A DNA stretch of 64,000 nt from Thermoplasmatales archaeon SW_10_69_26 (GTDB lineage Archaea; Thermoplasmatota; SW-10-69-26), in contig PXUB01000017.1 in the NCBI GenBank assembly GCA_003009755.1, positions 19,149 to 83,148 of the forward strand, written 5' to 3'. Within the stretch, counting starts at the first letter, position 1; every line of letters starts with the position of its first letter. The position numbers were made by a program, and so were the translations under genes. Positions 37,623-47,014 of the stretch are shown in pieces. The notes beneath the pieces were generated by a model that saw only the letters and a list, made by a program, of their open reading frames with translations, did not search any database and was not told where the DNA came from.

Positions 37623-40528
37623 TCCCGATCGAGCTCGAGATCGGCGGCCTGCACAGCTACCGTGACACGGTCACGGTCGACTTCGACGAGGCCGTCGAGG
37701 ACGGCCTCTTCGGCATCTTCGGCCCGACCGGATCCGGCAAGTCCACGCTGCTCGACGCGATGACGCTGGCGCTGTACGACCGCGTCGACCGGCTCGGCGG
37801 CCGCGAGAAGACGCCGATGATGAACGTCGACGCCGACGAGCTCACCGTCACCTACACCTTCGAGCTCGGCGGCACCACCTACCAGGCCCACCGCCGCTGG
37901 GTCCGCTCGGGCGACGGTGCCCAGCAACGCGACGCCGAGCTGCGCAACCTCGACCGCCAGGAGACGATCGCCAGCCAAGCCCGCGAGATGACGGCCGCCG
38001 TCGAACAGCGCCTCGGCATGGACTTCGAGCAGTTCACCCGCGCCGTGTTCCTCCCCCAGGGCAAGTTCGCCCGCTTCCTCGACGACAACCCCAAGAAACG
38101 CCTCGAACTGCTGGAGGAGATCTTCGGCCTCGACCGCTACGGCGACCAGCTCCGCCAGCGCGCCCGCGACAAGCGCGAACAGCTCCAACAGGAGCACGAC
38201 CGCATCCAAGGCAGCCTCGAGGGCGAGATGAGCGAGGTCACCGAGGACGCCGTCGAGACCCTCGCCCAGCGGACCGGCGAGGCCAAGCAGACGATCGAGG
38301 ACCTGACCGAGCGCGAACGCGCCCTCGCCGAGGACGCCCAGCGGGCCCGCAAGCTGCTCGACACGCTCGAGGATCTCGAGCAGGCCCGAGACCAACGGGC
38401 CCAGCTAGCCGAGCGCGCCGACGACATCGAGACCAAGCGCAAGCGCCTGGCCCGCGCCGAGGACGCCCACGACCCCTACCGCACCCTGCAGGACCTCGAG
38501 GACGCCCGCGACAAGCTCGCCGGGACCCGGTCCCAGCTCGAGGCGCTCGAGGCCGACCGCGAGGACGCCCAGACCCAGCTCGAGGAAGCCTGCCAGGCGC
38601 GCGAGGATGGCAGCGACGAGCTCGACACCCGCGAAGCCGAGCTCGACGAGGCCCGCACCCGTCTGGAGGCCCTGGCCACCGACGCCGACCGCCTCGACGA
38701 CCTGCGCGAGGACCGACGCCGAGCCCAGCGGACCCTCGACGAGCTCGACGAGGCGACCCCACCGCCCGAGAGCCTCGACGAGGACGACCTCCAAGCCGCC
38801 CTCGACACGATCCAGGCCGGCCAACGCGCCGGGGACCGCCGCGCACGCCACGAACGCGACCGTCGGGACGCGCTGGAGGCCCGCGGCGAGGCCCGCTGCG
38901 AGCTGGCCGAGATCGACGAGACCACCGACGAGCTGGCCGCCGAAGCCGACGAGGTCGCCGAGGAGCTCGCCGAGGCCGAACAGACGCTCGAGGACGCCCG
39001 CGTGCAGGACCGCGCGGCCGTGCTCGGCGCCCACCTCGCCGAGGACCAGCCCTGCCCGGTGTGCGGCTGTGAGGAACACCCCGACCCCGTCGAGGAGCCC
39101 GAGACCCCGATCGCCGACCTCGAGGACCGGTGCCAGCAGCTCACCGATCGAAGCGAGGAGATCGACCGCGAGCGCACGCGCCTCACCGAACGCCGCCAGC
39201 AGGCCGCCGACCGGCTCGCCCAGGCCCGCGAGGACGCCCGCCAGGCCCGCCAAGCCCTCGCCCAGGCCCGCGAGCAGGTCGACGACCAGCGCCAGCGGCT
39301 CCCCGAGGCCCTCGCCGAGGAACCCTGGAAGCGAGCCCGCGAGACCGTGAAGGCCTGGCGCAGCGGCCTCGAGGCCCAGGCCGCCGAGGCGACCATCGAG
39401 GAGATCGGCGAGAGCCTCGAGACGGCCCGCGCGCGCTTCGCCCTCGTCCGGGACGTGCTCGACCTCGACGCCCGCGAGCCCACCGAGGACAACCTCGAGG
39501 TAGCCCGCGAGGAGCTCGAGCAGGCCGTCGCGAGCCTGGAGGAGGGCCGCGAGCAGCTCGACGCCCAGGTCGAGGAGGCCGAGGACGCCGTCGACGAGAT
39601 CGAGGACGAGCTCGGCCAGGTGCGCGGCCGATGCTCGACGCTCGCCGAGCAGACCCAGACCCTCGAAGAACGGCTCGCCGAGCAGCTCGCCGACACCCCC
39701 TTCGAGGACGCCGACGAGCTGGCGGGGGCCCACAAACCCGCCGCCGTCCGCCACCGCCTGGAGGACGAGATCGAGAGCTTCGAGGAGAAGCGCCGCCAGG
39801 TCCAGGCGACGATCGACCAGCTCGAGGACCGAGCCGACGGCACCGACCTCGACGCCGAGGACGCCGACGACCTCATCGACGAGCACGAGCAGGTCGAAGC
39901 CCAGCTCGGCCAGGCGCGCGAACACCACGGCAAGCTCAGCGAGCGCCTGGAGACCCAGCGCAAGCGCCTCGAGCGCAAGCGCGAGCTGACCGAGCAGCTC
40001 GACGCCACCGAGGAGAAGCTGACCCGCGCCCAGAGGCTCACCCACCTGCTCGGCGCCCGACGCTTCATCGAGTACCTCGCCCGCAGCCGGTTCGACACCG
40101 TGCTCGAGCAAGCCTCCCAGCGGCTGGCGCAGATCTCCGGCGGCCAGTACCGGCTCGAGGGTACGCCCAGCGACATCCACGTCGTCGACCTCATGGCCGG
40201 CGGCGAGGACCGCGATCTGCGCACCCTCTCCGGCGGCGAGACGTTCATGGTCTCCCTGTCGCTGGCGTTGGCCCTCTCCGACGCCATCCAGCACCAGCGC
40301 GGCGGCGGCTACCCGCCGATCGAGTTCTTCTTCCTCGACGAGGGGTTCGGCTCCCTGGACGGCGACCGGCTCGACCAGGTGATGCGGATGCTGCACGAAC
40401 TCGTCGACCAGGACGTGCGCGTGGGCCTGATCACGCACGTCGAGGAAGCCCAACGCTACGTGCCCCGCAAGGTGCTCGTCGAGGAAGCCACCGAGGAGCA
40501 CGGCAGCTCGGTCACGGTGACGACGTGA
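37619..40528 (+). CDS. sbcC: SbcC/Rad50-family SMC-like ATPase
   Basis: GPTGSGKST, LPQGKF, coiled coil with CPVCG zinc hook, LSGGE, FLDEGFGSLD, ITHV. Confidence 0.93.
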   Translation: MIPIELEIGGLHSYRDTVTVDFDEAVEDGLFGIFGPTGSGKSTLLDAMTLALYDRVDRLGGREKTPMMNVDADELTVTYTFELGGTTYQAHRRWVRSGDGAQQRDAELRNLDRQETIASQAREMTAAVEQRLGMDFEQFTRAVFLPQGKFARFLDDNPKKRLELLEEIFGLDRYGDQLRQRARDKREQLQQEHDRIQGSLEGEMSEVTEDAVETLAQRTGEAKQTIEDLTERERALAEDAQRARKLLDTLEDLEQARDQRAQLAERADDIETKRKRLARAEDAHDPYRTLQDLEDARDKLAGTRSQLEALEADREDAQTQLEEACQAREDGSDELDTREAELDEARTRLEALATDADRLDDLREDRRRAQRTLDELDEATPPPESLDEDDLQAALDTIQAGQRAGDRRARHERDRRDALEARGEARCELAEIDETTDELAAEADEVAEELAEAEQTLEDARVQDRAAVLGAHLAEDQPCPVCGCEEHPDPVEEPETPIADLEDRCQQLTDRSEEIDRERTRLTERRQQAADRLAQAREDARQARQALAQAREQVDDQRQRLPEALAEEPWKRARETVKAWRSGLEAQAAEATIEEIGESLETARARFALVRDVLDLDAREPTEDNLEVAREELEQAVASLEEGREQLDAQVEEAEDAVDEIEDELGQVRGRCSTLAEQTQTLEERLAEQLADTPFEDADELAGAHKPAAVRHRLEDEIESFEEKRRQVQATIDQLEDRADGTDLDAEDADDLIDEHEQVEAQLGQAREHHGKLSERLETQRKRLERKRELTEQLDATEEKLTRAQRLTHLLGARRFIEYLARSRFDTVLEQASQRLAQISGGQYRLEGTPSDIHVVDLMAGGEDRDLRTLSGGETFMVSLSLALALSDAIQHQRGGGYPPIEFFFLDEGFGSLDGDRLDQVMRMLHELVDQDVRVGLITHVEEAQRYVPRKVLVEEATEEHGSSVTVTT

Positions 40529-40532
40529 GGAG

Positions 40533-40958
40533 GTGATCGAGCTGGCCCTGACCGTCCCCGAAGAGCTCGCCTGGATCGCGGCCGGCCTGGTGGCGCTGGG
40601 CTGGCTGGGCCTGTACCTCGCCTGGCGCAGCCGACGCGAGATCAAGGCCCAGCTGCGCGAGGCGCGCTCGGCCAAGCGCTCGCAGTCGGTCCGCTACGGC
40701 CAGATGAGCGAGGAGTTCGCGCCCTGGATGGCCGAGTGGCCCTTCGACCCGGAGGGCTTCCGCTCGCTGGGCGGTCCGATCGACGGCGTGCAGTTCACCG
40801 ACGAGGCCGTCTACCTGGTCGAGATCAAGGCCGCCGACAGCCGCCTGTCCGCCGACCAGCGCGAGGTGCGCGAGCTCGTGCGCGAGGGTCGCGTCGGCTG
40901 GCTCACCTTCCGCGTCGGCGACGAGCACCCCGTCGCCTACGAGGAGCCGTGGCGCTGA
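40533..40958 (+). CDS. Membrane-anchored Holliday-junction-resolvase-like PD-(D/E)xK nuclease (Endonuc_Holl-like)
   Basis: N-terminal TM helix, short coiled coil, GQMSEEFAP..FRSLGGPIDGVQF...VEIKA...LS..Q. Confidence 0.82.
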   Translation: MIELALTVPEELAWIAAGLVALGWLGLYLAWRSRREIKAQLREARSAKRSQSVRYGQMSEEFAPWMAEWPFDPEGFRSLGGPIDGVQFTDEAVYLVEIKAADSRLSADQREVRELVREGRVGWLTFRVGDEHPVAYEEPWR

Positions 40959-41088
40959 GGGTGGGAGCCCGAGCCTTGCCGGAGCTCTCCGGGCCACCTC
41001 ACTTGGGAACGAGCGGACCTGCTCAGCCGCGGTCCCCCGAAAGGACGGTGGCAACATCCCCGAACCCATACAGTCGACAGAACCCCGG

Positions 41089-42585
41089 ATGTCCGAGGTG
41101 GCGACCCCCGCGGGCGTCGAAGCCGCGGACCGGAGCCTCCTCGTCGTCTCGAACCGACAACCGTACCGCCACGGCCACGGCGACGACGATCTCGACGTCG
41201 ATCGCCCCGCCGGCGGCCTCACCGCGGGCCTGGACCCCGTCATGCAGGAGCTGGGCGGCACGTGGATCGCCTGGGGAGACGGCGACGCCGACGCCGACGT
41301 CGTGGACGAGGACGGCCGCATCGAGGTCCCGCCCGAGGACCCCAGCTACACGCTGAAACGCGTCTGGCTGAGCGAGGACCAGGTGGACGGCTACTACTAC
41401 GGGTTCAGCAACCAGGTGCTGTGGCCGGTCTGCCACTCGGCCCTGACCGAGGTCCGCTGCGAGCCCGCGTACTGGACCAGCTACCAGGAAGCCAACCAGC
41501 AGTTCGCGGCCGCCGTCCTCGACCAAGCTGCCGAGGGCGACACGATCTGGGTCCAGGACTACCACCTGGCGCTCGTCCCCGCCCTGATCGCCGACCGCCT
41601 GTCGCCCACGACCGAGTTGTTCCACTTCTGGCACATCCCCTGGCCCTCCTGGGACACCTTCCGCGCCTGCCCCTACGGGCCCGCGCTGCTGCGAGGCCTG
41701 CTCGGCAACGACGTGATCGGGTTCCACACCCAACGCTACTGCCGCAACTTCCTCGAGTGCGTCGAGACCGCGTTGTCGGACGCCTCCGTCGACCGGCGCT
41801 CGGACCAGATCCGCTACCGCGGCCGCCTCACCCGTGTCAAGGCGATGCCGATGGGCGCCCCCGTCGACCGCGTCGTCGAGCAGGCCAACTCGCAGACGGG
41901 CCGCACCTTCGGGCGATCGTTCCGCGAAACGCATGGCATCGACGCCGACACCCAGCTCGTGCTCGGCGTCGACCGCCTGGACTACATGAAAGGCATCCCG
42001 CAGCGCATCCGGGCGCTCGAGCGCGTGTGGGAGACCCGCCCCGAGCGCCGCGGCGAGGTCACCTACGTCCAGAAGGGAAGCGAAAGCCGCTCCCGCATCC
42101 CCGCCTACCGGCGCCTGCAGGCCGAGGTCGAACGCCGGGTCGAGGCCGTCAACGAACGCTTCGGCACCGACGACTGGACACCGATCGAGTACACGACACG
42201 CATGCTGTCCCAGGAGGAGCTGTACGGCCTCTACCGCGAGGCCGACGTCGGGCTCGTGACCTCCCTGCGCGACGGCATGAACCTCACCGCCCAGGAGTTC
42301 GCCGCCGCCCAGACCGACGCCGACGGCGTGCTGGTGCTCAGCGACCAGGCCGGCGTGCACGCCATCCTGGGCGACCAGGCGCTGACGATCAACCCCAACG
42401 AGATCGAGGACGTCGCCGCCACGATCGTCCAGGCCCTCGACATGGGGCCCGAGGAGCGCCACGAGCGCATGCAGCGCATCCGCGAGCGTCTGGCCTCGCG
42501 CGACCTCACGTCCTGGATGGAGCGCTGCCTGCAAGCCGACCGCCCCCGCCCGGCCCAGAGGAGAGAGATCCGTGACGACGCCTAG
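41089..42585 (+). CDS. otsA: Trehalose-6-phosphate synthase (GT20)
   Basis: VVSNRQP, GGL, WVQDYHL, HIPWP, VDRLDYMKG, DGMNL. Confidence 0.96.
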   Translation: MSEVATPAGVEAADRSLLVVSNRQPYRHGHGDDDLDVDRPAGGLTAGLDPVMQELGGTWIAWGDGDADADVVDEDGRIEVPPEDPSYTLKRVWLSEDQVDGYYYGFSNQVLWPVCHSALTEVRCEPAYWTSYQEANQQFAAAVLDQAAEGDTIWVQDYHLALVPALIADRLSPTTELFHFWHIPWPSWDTFRACPYGPALLRGLLGNDVIGFHTQRYCRNFLECVETALSDASVDRRSDQIRYRGRLTRVKAMPMGAPVDRVVEQANSQTGRTFGRSFRETHGIDADTQLVLGVDRLDYMKGIPQRIRALERVWETRPERRGEVTYVQKGSESRSRIPAYRRLQAEVERRVEAVNERFGTDDWTPIEYTTRMLSQEELYGLYREADVGLVTSLRDGMNLTAQEFAAAQTDADGVLVLSDQAGVHAILGDQALTINPNEIEDVAATIVQALDMGPEERHERMQRIRERLASRDLTSWMERCLQADRPRPAQRREIRDDA

Positions 42586-43429
42586 GCCCCGCCCCATCGA
42601 CGACCGAGGACCGATCACCGACCGCCTCTCCGACGTCGAGGGCCTCCTCGTCGGCACCGACTTCGACGGGACCCTGTCCCCGATCGTCGACGACCCCGAC
42701 GACGCGCTGCCCTCCGCCGACGCCAAGCGGGCCCTGCGGCGCCTGGCGGCCCACCCGGCGACCGTCGTCGCCCTCGTCAGCGGCCGATCGCTGTCCGATC
42801 TGCGCCCGCGGGTCGGGCTCGCCGACGTCATCTACGTCGGCAACCACGGCCTCGAGATCGATCGCGGCGGCCCGCCCCGCGTCCATCCCGAAGCGCGCGA
42901 CCGACGCCGCCTCGTCCACCGAGCCTGTCGGACGGTCCGCGAGGCTCTCGGTCACACCCCCGTCCGCGTGGAGGGCAAGGGCCTCACCGCAACCGTGCAC
43001 CTCCGCGAGGCCGAGGACCGGGTCCGCGAGCGCGCGCTTGGCCTGCTCGAGGACTGCGTGGAGGCCTTCGATCACGAGCTGTGGCTGTCGTCCGCCGAGG
43101 CCGCCATCGAGATCCGACCCGCCGTCGACTGGGACAAAGGGGACGCGCTGCGGAACCTCGCCGACGACGCCCCCGAGGGATGGACGACCCTGTACCTCGG
43201 CGACGAGGAGACCGACGAGGACGCCTTCGAAGCGCTGGGCCCCGGCGAGGTCGGTATCCACGTCGGGAACGATCCCGACACCGCTGCCGGCTACCGGCTC
43301 CCCGAGCAGGCCCAGGTCGGCCCGTTCCTCGACGCGCTCGCCGAGGAGGTCCACGGCGAGGACGCCTCCATCGGGGCCCCCTCTCGGGGCATCCCGGTCC
43401 AACCGCCCAGCCCCACCGATCGCGCTTAG
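42572..43429 (+). CDS. otsB: Trehalose-6-phosphate phosphatase
   Basis: DFDGTLSPI, VSGR, GNHGLE, WDKG, GDEETDEDAF. Confidence 0.95.
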   Translation: MTTPRPRPIDDRGPITDRLSDVEGLLVGTDFDGTLSPIVDDPDDALPSADAKRALRRLAAHPATVVALVSGRSLSDLRPRVGLADVIYVGNHGLEIDRGGPPRVHPEARDRRRLVHRACRTVREALGHTPVRVEGKGLTATVHLREAEDRVRERALGLLEDCVEAFDHELWLSSAEAAIEIRPAVDWDKGDALRNLADDAPEGWTTLYLGDEETDEDAFEALGPGEVGIHVGNDPDTAAGYRLPEQAQVGPFLDALAEEVHGEDASIGAPSRGIPVQPPSPTDRA

Positions 43430-43965
43430 CCGATCGGGATGTCGTCCGGCCCGGCCTCGGGCTTGGCGTTCTTCGTCGAGTAGGTCGCCCGCCCGGTCGC
43501 CACGAGCTTGCCCACCTCGTCCAGCTGTTCGGGGTCCACCTGGTCCGGCTCCGTGATCCCGGCGTCCTCCGGCAGCTGGAGCACGTCCACGTCCACGAAA
43601 GCGATCGTGGATCCGGCGTTCACGATCTCGGCCGCCGCCACCGTGTTCCGCTGCAGCGCCGGTCGCACGTAGTCGATGCGCAGATCGATCGTCGGCGTCG
43701 GCGCGTTCGTCAGGGTGAACGTCGCCGCGCCGCCGGCCAGGTCGATCAACCCGGCCAGGATGCCGCCGTGGATGCTGGGGATCTTCGGGTTGCCGACGAG
43801 CTCCTCACGGTAGGGAAGCCAGATCGTGGCCTCGCCCGGCTCCACGTCGACGACGCGGAGATCCATCCAGTCGTGGAAGTTCGGGACCCGGATCAGGTCC
43901 TCCAGCGTCTCGATGTCCCAGGAGGGCCCGTCCTCGTCGGCCTCGGTCGACCGGTCCGCGGACAC
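43426..43965 (-). CDS. PaaI-family thioesterase
   Basis: IHGGILAGLIDLAGG, TIDLRIDYVRPA. Confidence 0.9.
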   Translation of the reverse strand: MSADRSTEADEDGPSWDIETLEDLIRVPNFHDWMDLRVVDVEPGEATIWLPYREELVGNPKIPSIHGGILAGLIDLAGGAATFTLTNAPTPTIDLRIDYVRPALQRNTVAAAEIVNAGSTIAFVDVDVLQLPEDAGITEPDQVDPEQLDEVGKLVATGRATYSTKNAKPEAGPDDIPIG

Positions 43966-44002
43966 GACGGCCCAGCAGGCCGCGGCGTGAAAAGCCGACC
44001 GG

Positions 44003-45286
44003 TCACGGCTCGTCGGCGTCCGCCAGCCGGACCCGCACCGTCAAGATGCGCCGGTTGGCGACCTCCTCCAGCGTGAACGTCACGTCCTCGTGCTCGATCG
44101 TCTCGCCGGCTCGCCCCGGGCGGCCCAGCTCGTGGAACAGGAACCCGCCCAGCGTCTCGTACCCGGCGTCGTCGGGCAGATCGAGCTCCAGCTCGTCGTT
44201 CACCCGCTCGATGTCGGTGCGCGCGTCGAAGATCGCCTCCGCCTCGTCGACCCACTCGACCGTCTCGGCGGCCGGGTCGTACTCGTCGAAGATGTCGCCC
44301 ACGATCTCCTCGAGGATGTCCTCCAACGTCACGAGGCCCGCGGTCCCGCCGAACTCGTCGTGCACGATCGCCATGTGGATCCGCCGGGTCTTCATCTCCC
44401 GCAGGATCTCGTCCAACGGCGTCGTCTCGGGCACGAACAGCGTCTCCTTCATGACCGAGTCCGCCGAGGCTTTCGGCTGGTCCTGCACGGCGTCGAGCAC
44501 GTCCTTGCCGTAGACGACGCCGACGATGTTGTCCAGATCCTCGCGGAACACCGGCAGCCGCGAGTACCCGGTGTCGGTGACGAGCTGGGCGACCTCCTCC
44601 ACCGGGGCGCTGGCCTCGATCGCGACGACGTCGGTGCGCGGTGCCATCACGTCGCCGACCTGCTCGTCGCCGAAATCCAGCACCGCCTCGATCATCTCGA
44701 TCTCGGCCGCGGCGAGCACGTCCTGGCGGCGACCGGCCCGCAACATGCCGCGGATCTCCGGCTCGTCGAGGAACACGCGCTTGGGCGCCAGATCGCCCGG
44801 CTCGGTCAGCTCGGACAGCGCCTCGATCAGCCCCACGGCCGGCGCCAGCACGACCTGGGCTGCCCGGATCGGGCTGGTCAGGTCCGGGCCCCGCTCCTCG
44901 GGATCGCGCGAGGCGATCACGCGGGGGGCCACCTCGGCCGCCGTCACCAGGACGAGCCCACCCAAAGCGATGCCGGCCACGACCGCCCAACCCAGCGACA
45001 CGGGCAGCGCGGTGACCGCGATCGCGACGGCGAGCCCGCCGGCGGCCACGTTGGCCAGGTGCTTGCCGACGAGGACCGCGGTGAACGCCTGCGTGGGCGG
45101 CCCCAGGCTGCGCCGATCGGTTTCGGTGCCGACGCCCAGGCGCTCGCGGTAGAAGGACGGCGCCGTGGACAGGGCCGTCTCGCAGGCCGCGAACAGGGCC
45201 GAGGCCGCGACGAAGAGGACGAAGAAGGCCGCCTGCACGCCGACCGCGAAGGCCGACACCAGCAGGCCGCCGGCGGCCCCGATCAC
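44003..45286 (-). CDS. CNNM/CBS/CorC-domain (hemolysin-family) membrane protein; start uncertain
   Basis: FAACETAL, EVAPR, GYSRLPV, DEFGGTAGLVTLEDILEEIVGDI. Confidence 0.9.
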   Translation of the reverse strand: MIGAAGGLLVSAFAVGVQAAFFVLFVAASALFAACETALSTAPSFYRERLGVGTETDRRSLGPPTQAFTAVLVGKHLANVAAGGLAVAIAVTALPVSLGWAVVAGIALGGLVLVTAAEVAPRVIASRDPEERGPDLTSPIRAAQVVLAPAVGLIEALSELTEPGDLAPKRVFLDEPEIRGMLRAGRRQDVLAAAEIEMIEAVLDFGDEQVGDVMAPRTDVVAIEASAPVEEVAQLVTDTGYSRLPVFREDLDNIVGVVYGKDVLDAVQDQPKASADSVMKETLFVPETTPLDEILREMKTRRIHMAIVHDEFGGTAGLVTLEDILEEIVGDIFDEYDPAAETVEWVDEAEAIFDARTDIERVNDELELDLPDDAGYETLGGFLFHELGRPGRAGETIEHEDVTFTLEEVANRRILTVRVRLADADEP

Positions 45287-45644
45287 CGACGCCCACCGAC
45301 CGGTGTGCCTCGCCGATCGCGGCTCCAGACCTCCGTCTGGACGCTCGGTAGGCTCGTCGGCGGCCGTCGCTGACGCCGTGCGACCATCGGGCCGCGAGAT
45401 GCAGCGGACCCTTCTTCTTTCTATGGGGGCCAGCTCTCGCCTTCCCAAGCGGCCCCGACGCCCGATCCCTCCCCCGAAGAGGAGATTCCAGGCCGGGGGC
45501 GCGATCCGTGGACGCGAGATCGCCTGGGCTGGTGGGTCGAAGTCTGCGTGGAGAAGCGCAGGCGGCCAACCGAGGCCCACCCACAGCAATCATCCCCTAC
45601 GAGACAGCGGCCGGTTGACCGTACAAAACCGTTGGGGTGCGGGG

Positions 45645-46556
45645 TCAGGCGGGGTCGGCGAACAGCTGCTCGGCTCGACCGGCGACGGCCAGGGCGTCCT
45701 CGCCGAGCAGGTAGGCGACGGGCTCGATCCCGAAGGCGCCCTCGTGGTAGAGGAGCAGGGGGCCCTCCGCGCCGGTGTCGGCCAGACGGTCGCGGACACG
45801 CTCGCGCCGGGCCTCGTAGCTGGCGTCGAAGCCGACGGTCGCGAGCCCGGCCTCGCGGGCGCGCTCGACGAGCGGTTCGCGGAAGGCGACGTTCAGGGCC
45901 GCCCGCAGCTCGGGGTGCTCGTCCCGCACGGCGAGGACGACGGTGGCGACGTGGCGCGAGGCGCCGAACGAGGGTTCGGTCGTGACGCGCGCCTGACCGC
46001 CGATCACGTTGATCCGGCCCGGCAGGGCGGCCACGTCCCACACGCCCTCGGCCCCCTCGACGGCCTGGGCAAGGTTCGAGCCCACGTGAGGGATCCAGTC
46101 GGCCAGGCCCTCGATCAACGTCAACCGGCGCACGGCCACGCGCAGGTCGACGAGGACCCGGTGCTCGGCCATCACCCGGCTGTCGGGCTCGATGCAGGCA
46201 TCGCACCCGGTGCCCTCCAGCTCGGGCATCCGCTCCTCGTGCATCCGACAGATCGGGCCGCGGTTCTCGAGGCGTCGCACCAGATGGAGGCTCTCGGCCA
46301 GCGCCGCGACCTCGTCCATCGTGCCCTGGGCGAGCCCCTCGGCCACCTCGCGAGCGGTCGCCTGCACGCGCTCGTCGGCCGCGATCGCCCCCTCGAGCCC
46401 GTCCGCGCTGAGGTACTTCGACACCTGAGCCTGGCTGATGCCCAGATGATCGGCGATCGCCGCCTGCGAGAGGCCACGGTCGGCCAGCTCGTCGGCCACC
46501 ATCGCCCGGTAGGTCGGCAAGAACGCCTCGACCACGACCTCCTGCGGGAAACGCAC
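45645..46556 (-). CDS. thiR: HTH-ThiN fusion (ThiR-like thiamine regulator)
   Basis: FLPTYRAMVA..GLSQ..IA..LGISQAQVSKY; IPHVGSN; FGASRHVA; GAFGIEP. Confidence 0.85.
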   Translation of the reverse strand: MRFPQEVVVEAFLPTYRAMVADELADRGLSQAAIADHLGISQAQVSKYLSADGLEGAIAADERVQATAREVAEGLAQGTMDEVAALAESLHLVRRLENRGPICRMHEERMPELEGTGCDACIEPDSRVMAEHRVLVDLRVAVRRLTLIEGLADWIPHVGSNLAQAVEGAEGVWDVAALPGRINVIGGQARVTTEPSFGASRHVATVVLAVRDEHPELRAALNVAFREPLVERAREAGLATVGFDASYEARRERVRDRLADTGAEGPLLLYHEGAFGIEPVAYLLGEDALAVAGRAEQLFADPA

Positions 46557-46647
46557 GCTGCGGCAACGCCAACGCCCGCCAAAAAGCCACAGGGGTCCAG
46601 CGGCGGTGAAGCTGTGCCCAGGCCCCCACGACCCGGCCAGGGCGGAT

Positions 46648-46755
46648 CCGGCGAACATAGCCCTGCGGGAAGTCCGGAAGGGCCGAAGATCTGTGCCGAT
46701 AGGGGCCTGCGTCGGCCTGGCCGGGCTTCGTCTTCCTTGCCGAGCGTTCTCCTTG
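46648..46755 (-). repeat. Family A element, degenerate copy in tandem with 46785-46945
   Basis: Minus strand CTCGGCAA..CGACGCAGGCCCC..GATCTT..CTTCCCGCAGGGCTAT matches the family A core. Confidence 0.65.
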
Positions 46756-46784
46756 CCTCTCGGAAGGCGGGGCCGGCGAGTCCA

Positions 46785-46945
46785 GTTGCCCGTCAGGCGG
46801 AGATAGCCTTGCGCGAAGATCCCACAGCGTCCAAGATCAGGGTCGATGGGGCCTTCGTCGCTGGCGAGGGGGGTTTCTTTCTTCGCGACCGTTTTTCTTT
46901 GTCCCCCTCGCCAGACGCCGAGGCCCCGTAGAAAGAAAAAGGGTC
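46785..46945 (-). repeat. Family A element, full-length copy
   Basis: Shares ~115 nt with 63787-63902 and aligns over its whole length with 7881-8039. Confidence 0.85.
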
Positions 46946-47014
46946 TTCGTTTCACGCGCGCTGCCAAACCGCCTTTTCACCACTCCCGGGGGAGCCCGTC
47001 GTTGGTGACAACCG

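Noticed and set aside
45410-45640. Possible further family A copies here and at 8930-8995
   Set aside because: Only short matches such as TCTGCGTGGAG and TTAGCC; too degenerate to call by eye.
46785-46945. HDV-like or hammerhead ribozyme (GGGCAAC and CTGAT motifs)
   Set aside because: No nested double-pseudoknot pairing or CUGAUGA/GAAA core could be built.
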